Source of the DNA: the human T2T-CHM13v2.0 reference genome, Homo sapiens
Length of the DNA stretch: 64,000 bases
Reading direction: 5' to 3' (one strand)
Assembly (NCBI RefSeq): GCF_009914755.1
Contig: NC_060926.1
The notes under the pieces are model-generated. The model had not been told where the DNA came from, ran no database searches, and saw nothing but the letters and a program-made list of their open reading frames with translations. Position 1 is the stretch's first letter, and every line of letters begins with the position of its first letter. Of the stretch, positions 52,996-64,000 are shown one piece after another. The translations under genes and the position numbers were made by a program.

Positions 52996-55040
52996 AAAAA
53001 TTTACTAACCATCCTACAGAGAATATTAAAATGTCATCTCAATAAATTAATCTTGGCTTAGAAATCTGTTACACATAAAACATAGCATTTAAAATTTTCA
53101 TTTAAAATACAAATGTTATGAAGATCTTAAGAATTTGTGAGAATGGGAATTATACCAATGCTAAAGAAAATTCTACTTTCAGATAACAAGTATCTTAAAA
53201 TATTATGAAAAATATCCTTTATTCTGAAAACATTGTCAGGAAAAGATACCTAATTTCCTCTAAATCACTAGTTCTAATTACCCAGTTGTTTTGGTAACAC
53301 AAGAGTACACATGTACAGTTTAACAATGCAATCATCTGTCAATTAAGATAGAATAAATGTTGCTGACACACACATTAGGCTGAACATAATTTTTTTTAAC
53401 ACAGGGTTCTTTCATTCATTTAATCTTTTAAAAATTGTACAACATACTTAAACTTTATTATAATATTCTAAAATATTTGGTGGAAACATTTTTCTTAACT
53501 TCTAGCACTGAAAAATCCATTCTAATGCATATATATATATATATATATATACACACACCCACATATTCTGATGTCACTATAACCTAAGTGAAATGGGTCA
53601 TATGAGATTTAGATTGACCACCCATGTTTGCCCTCTGTTAGACCATAAGGTAGCATACTCTTGACAAAACACATGCTGACAGTTAAGAACAGGCTTTGAA
53701 ATTCAGCTTGATATATTGAACAAATATCATCCACATCTGAAAACGTCTCTTGCTGGAAGCAACTCCGTAACTTGATCATGTAAAAAATATTCATAAAACC
53801 CACCTGAAAGTTCTCAGATGTCCATAAAAAGGCCAAAAGTTTTAAATGATGTAGAGTAAAGCCAGCGATAATATCCCAAGATTCCATTCAGTTACATTAC
53901 TAGACTCCAGATAGCCAATAAGGTAATGAAACCAAACTGGTATGTGAACAAAAATCTGGTAATACTGACATAAATCTTCTAAAAGCACATAACAGTAATC
54001 CTTGGATTTAAAAGGCATAATCGAAGAAGTCACCAATAAAATAAAGCATTTTAAACTCATGTAAAGGAATTTCAGAATGAAATCAGTTATTCCAACAATC
54101 CGAAGTACATCAAAAAGTCCAAAGAAGGCTTTTAAAAAATTAAGGTGTAATAAAGCAACTGAAAACAAAAGGTATGACATAGAAGAACAGAAGATCATGC
54201 TAATAACACCAATAACCAAGCACACTAAATCTTTGAGAATCTTTCTCTTAGAAAAGCGTGACTGCCAATGCTTTTGTTTGCATTCATAAAAGTTGTCAGC
54301 AGCCCAATTTCAACAGAAATTCCTGTTACATGCTGCAAAATAAGCTTGAAACCTAGAATCAAAATATACAGAAGACTGTTTTGCAACACATAAGGATAAT
54401 ACAATTCTGAGAAAGAGATGGTACCATATTCGCCAGATTCTCTGGCAGGATCATCTGGTTGCCTTGCTTCTCTGTGTGAATGACTGACTGCAAAGGACTC
54501 TGTATGCATCCCTGGGTCTAGCTAAGGACACCTTACCTGAGATTTCTGGTCAATTTTGTTGTCCTGGGCATATTGGAAGGTTGAGGCAATGTCACTGCCT
54601 GCAGGTACCGGAGGACTGCGCAGTCAGCTGCAGTTGGCTTCCATGGCCCTATATACTTTTTCTCTGATGCAAATGTTGGCTTCCAGGGCTCTCTATTTCC
54701 TCTCATGAGGATGAGGGTGGAGGCCTTGGCAGTCGTAGCAGAAAAAGCAAGAAATGCCACCTCAATCCTAGTCAGGGCCATCATCCTCAAACCCTACCAC
54801 AAGCAGCTCCAACCCAGGGCCATCATCCTCAAACCCTACCACCAGCAACTCCAACCCAGGACCGTCATCCTCAAACCCTACCACAAGCAGCTCCAACCCA
54901 GGACCATCATCCTCAAACCCTACCACAAGCAGCTCCAACCCAGGACCATCATCCTCAAACCCTACCACAAGCAGCTCCAACCCAGGACCATCATCCTCAA
55001 ACCCTACCACAAGCAGCTCCAACCCAGGCTGTCAGCCCTT
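52996..55040 (-). pseudogene. RNFT1-like processed pseudogene (RING finger transmembrane protein 1 retrocopy) in WDR35 intron 2
   Basis: Frameshifted ORF pieces match recalled RNFT1: SEKKY, HSHREAR..DD..ESG, YILILGFKLILQHVTGISVEIGLLTTFM, IVGITDFILKF..LKC, SDVDDICSIYQAEFQ (RING). Intronless, followed by ~550 nt of 3'UTR-like sequence. Confidence 0.9.
54773..55028. repeat. 42-bp minisatellite, 6 copies (CAGGACCATCATCCTCAAACCCTACCACAAGCAGCTCCAACC)
   Basis: Units start at 54773, 54815, 54857, 54899, 54941, 54983; units 4-6 identical. Confidence 0.98.
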
Positions 55041-55102
55041 TAAATACCTTTTGGCAAGGAAATGACATCATCTGGTCCCTTTAAAAAAAAAAAAAAAAAA
55101 AA

Positions 55103-55538
<436 letters not shown>

Positions 55539-57045
55539 CTATAGAGGGAGCAGGGGAGACAAAGGAAAGGATGGGTTCAACATACACTTTGGAGACAAAA
55601 GCAACAGGATTGCTGATGCAGATGTTGTTAACGGAGGAAAAGAGAAGATTTCCAGCTTGAGCAAATGAGTGAAATGGAGATATTTGCTGAAATGGAGAGA
55701 ATTGAAAGAGATTTGGAAGAATATCAAGAGTTCGGTTTTGAACACAGTAAATAGGAGATACCTGTGAAAGACTCCAGTGGAGACACCCACGTCTGAAAAA
55801 TCAGGACTGGGCTGGAGATATAAATGTGGGGCTCTTCACCTCATACCACAGATGGCATTTAAGGGCATGAGAATGAAAGAATAAATAGAGCAAGTGAATA
55901 GAGAGCCCAGAAGCAAGTTCTCAGGAATTCTAATAGAAGAGGGAAATCTAGCAAAGAGACTGAGGACTGACCAGAGAAGGAGAGAAAAGTAGTACGTCTA
56001 AATATAACAATAACTTAAACATTCTGAATTCTCTTGTCTGGAAAAATAATGTTTCAAGTCAAATCCTGATGAGTCAATAAAAGCTGTCCATTAGATTTAG
56101 AACATGAAAGTCACTGGTGAGGGAGAGAAAAGGAGAGAGGACTGATATTGAAAGGAGAGAGAGAGGATAAATTGGCAGAAAGGTACCTGAGAAGGTGAAG
56201 GGAGATGGGCTCCAGCAAAACACTGGAAGCTGGCCTGTGAGAGAAGTAAACCTGATGTAAAAAGATGGATTGCTGGTTCTAATTCCTTTCCTTCTAGAGC
56301 AGGGAACTGAAAACTGGAAATGCAATGTGGTGCAAACTTTCTGGAGGGTAATTTGTGTACACATATTAGGAACTTGTATAAATGTACACACTCTTCGATC
56401 CAGTGAATGCCATTTCTAGAGATTTATCGTAGAAAGTATTAACTATTTATGCAAAGATTTGGATACAAAGATACAGTTGCTTTAATAGTAAAAATGTGGA
56501 GACACCTAAATGTCCAATACTAAAATTGGTTAAGCAAATTATGATATATTAATACCAATATAATGAAATACTAAATAGACATTAACAATGGTGCCATAGA
56601 AGATGATTTATGGACGTAGAGGATTGCTGTATTATGTTGCTGTACCCAAACTACAACACATTATACTTCACATGTTGCATCTTTAGCACAACACAGTGCT
56701 TCATAGAAAGCAGGCATGCAATATCTATGATTGTTACTGGACGGATCTGCTGAATCAACACTAGTTGTATTAAATATAATATACTGATCTTGTTAGACTC
56801 TCACAGCCATATTCCTCATATTTATTTCTTTCAGCACAATTCATAATCATTCAGTTCCAAAACAAATACTTTACTCCATTTTCCAAACCTCCCAAGAATT
56901 GATTTCCCATCTTGTTCACTAATTTCAAAGAATACTCCAGTCACAGCTCATCAAAAGGGCAGAGCAGAAAAAGAAGTTTGTTTTTAAAAAAGCCTTCAAT
57001 GTTAAACAAAATGAATGCACTTCTTAATGTAATTTAAAACTTGCA

Positions 57046-57479
<434 letters not shown>

Positions 57480-57564
57480 CTAAAGCACTGACAGATTGAA
57501 CTATAAAACAGCATAAGCCAAACTTTAATTGGTACTCTTCTTTACTTAGGCTGTCCACTAGCCC

Positions 57565-57970
57565 TTTGTGTAGTGGTTAAAAACAAGGACTTGAATGTGA
57601 GACAAACTTAGTTTCACATCCTTGTTCCGCCACTTACTGGCTGCGTGACCTAGGGCAGTTAACAGCTCAGAGCCTCAATTTTCTCACCTAGAATACCTAC
57701 TGCCCAAGATTATTGTGAAGTCAAATAAGATTGTGAAGGTTAAACATCCACTACATGGAAAATCGTCAATAAGTATTTATTATTCATACCGCATTCAAAG
57801 TTGTAAGGTAATGCTATTCAAAGTGCGGTCTGAGGACCAGCAACTCAGCTTCACTAGAAATGGAAATTCTCAGGCCCCATCCCGGGTCTATTGTGTGGGG
57901 GTAGAGCATGAAATCCATCTTAACAACCTCTTCCAGTGATTCTTATACCTAATACAGTTTGAGAAGCTAT
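57565..57970. mobile_element. MIR (~57565-57780) followed by a MER5A-like element (~57805-57970)
   Basis: gccacttactggctgcgtgacc MIR core; caaagtgcggtc..ggaccagca...tagaaatg.aaattctcaggccccatccc. Confidence 0.7.
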
Positions 57971-58663
57971 GTTGTAAGGAATCCAAAAATGTAATGCAGT
58001 TTAACCCCCTACATTTTCATTTTATGGAAGACTAAACTAAAGTAGTAAGATCCTCAGCTAACTTGTTGAAAGTCATTCAGTAGTCTTGTGGAAGAGCTGA
58101 GATTTAACTCCAATTACCTTATCTAGGTCTTCAATCTAGGGGGGCTAAGAAGTGGGAAGCTGTTTGCTGTGATTCCAGAGAACTAGATAAAGAAAGAAAT
58201 CAAGCAGCAAAGACAAGAGACCTACTAATAGAAATGTAAAACGTATCCCATTTTCTGTTCTTGGACACTAGGTGAATAACCATTAATGCATCTGATAAGC
58301 AGAAAGGATGACACAGACCTGTAAACAATCTGCCAGATTTTCTTAGTGAAATGTTGACTCACAGGATTTCTTTTAGACTCCTAATAATATAGTACAATAA
58401 TTAGACATAGCATAACACAGTGACTTATTTTCATTCTTCATTATTTTTCATTTTCCATTAATAACTCAGCAAAAACCATCCGATGTTTACATTCAACATT
58501 CTCTGAACTTTATTGCAAATATACTCCAGAAAAACACCATAAAATGTTTTGGTAGTTTTCCCTTTAAAATAATCAGAACTGCATATTGACAGATAACATG
58601 AGTAGACCGCACTGAACAAATAACATTAGCCAATTTACTACCAAACATGTGGGCTTGCATTCA

Positions 58664-59032
<369 letters not shown>

Positions 59033-59495
59033 TCACCGGATGGATTTTTTAAAGGGAGGACGGGGAGAGGGTATAAATCCATACCACCAGTCCCTCTTCC
59101 TTTTTACCTACAACTTAGGCTATCCTATTGTTATTTCTTTTCTCTTGCCCAATGGCTCGTGGTGATCCAAAGAGTTTAAATCACGTGGATCAGCAACAAG
59201 TGGAGGAGGAAACATAGGGTAGCACGTGGCGACTTATCCTCAAGCCACCCAAAAGGACCTAGCCAGGGGCAGGAATGGGAGAGTGCTGCGAGAGGGCAGC
59301 AAGCTCGGCCAAAGACTGAGGCTCTGGGAACCGCAGGAAGAGGTCGGAGGCTGGACCCGGCGGGAAGGATGGCTGCGGAATGGCGAAGCCACGACCAGGA
59401 CCGGGTGAAGGAGCCTGGCTTCTCGGGAAGGCAGCGGGAATCGCCGCAGGCTGCGGGAATGGCGGAGAAACGAGGACGCCCCCCAGGAAACTCAC

Positions 59496-59519
59496 TTTCT
59501 TGCTCAGGTAGAAGAACAT
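59496..59519 (-). CDS. WDR35: WDR35/IFT121 coding exon 1 (MFFYLSKK)
   Basis: ATG (cat at 59517-59519) in context CCCACGATGT, followed by donor AAA|GTGAGT; matches the recalled WDR35 N-terminus; lies in a CpG island. Confidence 0.97.
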
Positions 59520-59618
59520 CGTGGGATCCCCGAGAGGGTCACGGCGGCCGCTAAGGCCCTCGACAAGTAACGGTTCTACGTCTCCAATCGGGAGTACCAG
59601 CAGCTCCGGAAAGCTCCC

Positions 59619-59632
59619 GTCGCCCTGGCAAC
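59619..59632. promoter_or_regulatory. RFX X-box (GTCGCCCTGGCAAC)
   Basis: 12/14 match to the palindrome GTTGCCATGGCAAC, 100 nt upstream of the ATG of a ciliary gene. Confidence 0.8.
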
Positions 59633-59668
59633 CGCTGTTGCCCGGTCGCATCCGGGGCGCCGCGGGAC

Positions 59669-59717
59669 ACTTCCGGTGACGCCCTCGCACCGGGCACCGG
59701 CGTAGTGCGCCTGCGCG
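59669..59717. promoter_or_regulatory. ETS/GABPA site (ACTTCCGGT 59669-59677) and NRF1-like site (TGCGCCTGCGCG 59706-59717)
   Basis: Direct motif matches inside the CpG island. Confidence 0.65.
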
Positions 59718-61549
59718 GACGTCGATGGGTTTGTGGGCGCAGGGCGCGAGGCGCGAGGCGGTAGCTGGGCTAGTCCTGTTCCCTGGCGTCTGGGCCTTTC
59801 TGCTCTCCGCAAGGAGCTGGGTCGCGACCTGTCACTGCCAGCCGTGCGCTCGCCCTCTGCGCCCCGTCTCGTGGTCACTGCCGCCCTCCCTCCCGCCACA
59901 CCTGTGATGATCGCTATGGAGCCGCGCCTCAGGTGGCATTACTATAAACCTAAGAGGAGAGGCGCCCGTTCGAATAAGGGCAAATTATTTAGTATTTTGT
60001 AAGTTCCAAAGTTCCAACATTCTTGAAAGGGAAAAGCCATTTACTGTATTTGATAGGCTGGCGCCACTGGCCAGATGAAAGTGCAAATGTGCGTACTGAG
60101 ATCTTACAACCCTTCTCTGTGTCTTTGGGGATTGGAGAACCTCTAGAGCAATTTAGGAATAGAAGATTTTGTTTATTCCGCTTGTTTTGATATTTTTTAA
60201 CAGTTTAATTATTACCGCAACCCCGAGGGTCCTTTTAAAGGAATTTCTGTAAACGTTGGGTAATTACAGCGTACAATTGCTATTGGGGCATGGCCTCCCA
60301 TTTTACAAATATTTGAGCGTTTGGTGTTTTCTCGTCTAGAGTCGACTGTTACATATTCTCTTCTTTTTCTTACCTTCTTTCTTCATTCTCCTTTGTCCTT
60401 TTGGAATGCTTGAGAGTTACAAAGCCTCAAAGTCTAAGGCATAGGGCAGAAATCCAAGTAGAACCACTCATGAAATTATTTGGTCTCACCTATGTTTTTA
60501 TTTCTGGTTTTCCCTTTTACCATAATCTAGCATGTAATTTATGCATCAGTAGTTAATTTCCCCACTTGGAGTCTTTTCCCATCTCAGACAAAAATAAAAT
60601 AAAAATCCTCCAATCCTTTGACCTGGGTGATTTGTCTCACCCAGCACAATCTATTATAGAATTGACAATAGTCCCTAGTGCCTTTCCTAGCAAATCTAAA
60701 CTCCATCCAAAATCAGATCTTCCCTCAATCCTAAATGTTTTTACTAGGGAGCCCCCACCTCAAGTAAGCCAATATGCTTTCTGCAGGGCAACATTCCATC
60801 CGGCTCTGCTTCCCAAGCCACTTTATATATGGTCCTACCCTCTTAACAGGCCAGTTGTGCCTAGCCAAACCAGCACAAATCAGTCTCCATGAGGAATTCT
60901 TTCCAAACTTAACCCAATCCCATTCAGATAATGTTTGCTTTCCATTGTTTGTGTGTCTGTTTAAGATACATTGGCCCCTGTCCATAGGCTCCCTATACTG
61001 GACGCATGAGACAAATTAGTATTATCTAACCCAGGAGTTTCCAATAAACTGGTCAAGACATAATTAGTTGAAGCTAGTTACTGATGGTGACACCTGAAAA
61101 CTCACCTCTCTTTATCTTTCCCTTCTTGCACATGAACTCTCATTTATTCCTTCTATACCACCATTTCTCTGTGGTATATTAATATGTATTACTGATTTTG
61201 GGCTCAAAAAAGTCTGGAAAATACTACTGTAGCTCTATGTCATACCCTTTCAAAATTTTTGAAAAGTAAGAGATGCTTTATATATTTCCTTGGTATATTT
61301 AGTTTTTGTTCCTTCCTTAAAGTTTATATTTTATATTTACATCTGTAGGATATATTTGCTTCTCAGGAGCTTATATTAATGTAAAGCTCATCATTATTTT
61401 ATCCAAATTTAGATAATTTTATATTGAAGCCTTTCTTTTGAACCTGAACTTACACTTTTAGCCTCAGGAGTGTGAGATTAAACTATAGGAGGAGAATCAA
61501 ACTTCTGTCTTTTGATAAGAAACTGTTGAATATCAAAATAACTGTTAAT

Positions 61550-62614
61550 TCAGTATAATTTAAAGAAATATCTTTAATAGACAAAATTGATGAGTCATCA
61601 AAAATAGACATGATAATATGTAAAGGTAATAACTTTTATTATATTAAAGACAATGCAAACGAAAAACAGAATTGAGCAGTGCAAAATTTAAAGGACTGTT
61701 TTGTTCTCAAAGTTGCAAGTTTCAAAGCCAAAAGAATTATATGTATCAAATATATAAGTAAAAAAAAGTTAGACTTTCAAGCCTGTAATCCCAGCACTTT
61801 GGGAGGCTGAGGCAGGTGGATCACTAACATTAAAAAGACAACATTAGATTTTGTCGATTTATAGCAATTTTATAAATATATAACTTTGTCACTTGGATCC
61901 TGAAGCAAAATAATAAAGTGAATTTGGGATTTTTGTACTTGGTAAAAAGTTTAACACCCTAAATTCACAACTAGTGCTCTTTAGTAGTACATTTCTTTCA
62001 AAGACCAGAATGAATTAAAAATGGCAATGTAATGTTCACTTGATCTGTGTTAACTATTTTTAGATATGTGTATTACAATCTATTGATCACATCTTCAATA
62101 ATACTCCAACAAAATAAGCAAAAAACAAAAAGTGTTAAACAGTTCAAAATTACATTCATCTCAGTTATATGAAGTTGTATGTGTAAATACCTTGTACAAT
62201 TTGCACTCTCAGTAATAAGATTGATTTATATTATAAATACTATCAAAAGAAACTAGACCTAAAGTTTCCATTGTGAATATGGTTATCTAATATAAACATT
62301 TAAAAATTAAATGGCTCAATTAGTAGATAAAGAAACACTAAACTTTTCATTCTATTTCCTACCAATCATTTCACAGTCATAACTTAGAGACACTAAAGTT
62401 TGCTCTTAATAAGTATCTGCATATGTATTTCCTTGGAAGAATCATGCTGATTCTGCAGAAGATCTTCATACAATTTATCCAGTAATATTCAAGCATTAAT
62501 ACAGATAATGGCAAATTATTAGCAGGAACATTGGCAATAACAGGTGTGCAAAAGAATGCATGAGTATTAAGTACACCAAGCTGTCCACATTTTCAGGTGA
62601 GAAATTGGAGCAAT
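61550..62614 (-). other. MATN3: MATN3 3' UTR (end approximate)
   Basis: AT-rich sequence after the stop, up to the poly(A) hexamers; includes a ~45-bp Alu fragment at ~61779-61824. Confidence 0.75.
61573..61640 (-). terminator. Candidate MATN3 polyadenylation signals (AATAAA 61635-61640, ATTAAA 61573-61578)
   Basis: tttatt and tttaat on the + strand, ~1 kb past the stop; which one is used cannot be seen. Confidence 0.6.
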
Positions 62615-62670
62615 TTAACGATGTATTTGTCCATATTCATTTATTTTCAACTTCTCCAAAATGTCATCAA
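62615..62670 (-). CDS. MATN3: MATN3 last coding exon (LDDILEKLKINEYGQIHR-stop)
   Basis: Follows an AC acceptor; C|TT GAT GAC restores frame; TAA at 62615-62617. Confidence 0.94.
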
Positions 62671-63941
<1,271 letters not shown>

Positions 63942-64000
63942 CTATCTAGGAATAGCTATATAGGAATCATAACAAATCAGGAAATCCACAGTTGAATATT

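Larger units (their letters stand above)
59220..59975. promoter_or_regulatory. CpG island / WDR35 promoter, probably bidirectional
   Basis: Sharp rise in GC and CpG density around exon 1 in an otherwise CpG-depleted window. Confidence 0.92.

Noticed and set aside
53609-54790. Cluster of hydrophobic ORFs resembling a new membrane protein gene
   Set aside because: Frameshifted fragments of an RNFT1 retrocopy with a damaged RING motif
54705-55043. Repetitive ORFs on both strands; superficially CRISPR-like array
   Set aside because: Head-to-tail 42-bp minisatellite with no unique spacers and no cas genes; open frames follow from a unit length divisible by 3
59226-60002. Overlapping Arg/Pro/Ala-rich ORFs around the promoter
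   Set aside because: Expected from stop-codon scarcity in a CpG island

Overview
This is human genomic DNA (AT-rich, Alu/L1/L2/MIR-rich), not prokaryotic. The minus strand carries almost all of WDR35 (IFT121, an IFT-A subunit). I walked 26 coding exons from the ATG at 59519 to the window edge; all introns are GT-AG, the phases are consistent, and the exons total 3078 nt (1026 codons) including a 33-nt cassette exon. Upstream lie a CpG-island promoter with an RFX X-box, ETS and NRF1 motifs. About 2 kb further, tail-to-head on the same strand, is the 3' end of MATN3 (matrilin-3), whose last intron is a U12-type AT-AC intron. The WDR35 introns contain several notable inserts: a full-length dead Hsmar2 mariner beside the cassette exon, an RNFT1 processed pseudogene with a young 42-bp VNTR at its 5' end, a retroposed tRNA-Glu(TTC) that seems to keep precursor leader and trailer between target-site duplications (TSDs), two very young Alus (Ya5-like, Yg6-like), and a ~185-bp local duplication bracketing exons 3-4. 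I cannot demonstrate a new biological system from sequence alone. The best testable hypotheses are the mariner/microexon arrangement, the pre-tRNA retrocopy, inverted-Alu-flanked in-frame exon circles, and the U12 intron limiting MATN3-WDR35 read-through chimeras. Gene and repeat names come from my recall of known sequences, not from database searches. Exon boundaries were counted by hand; repeat boundaries are approximate.
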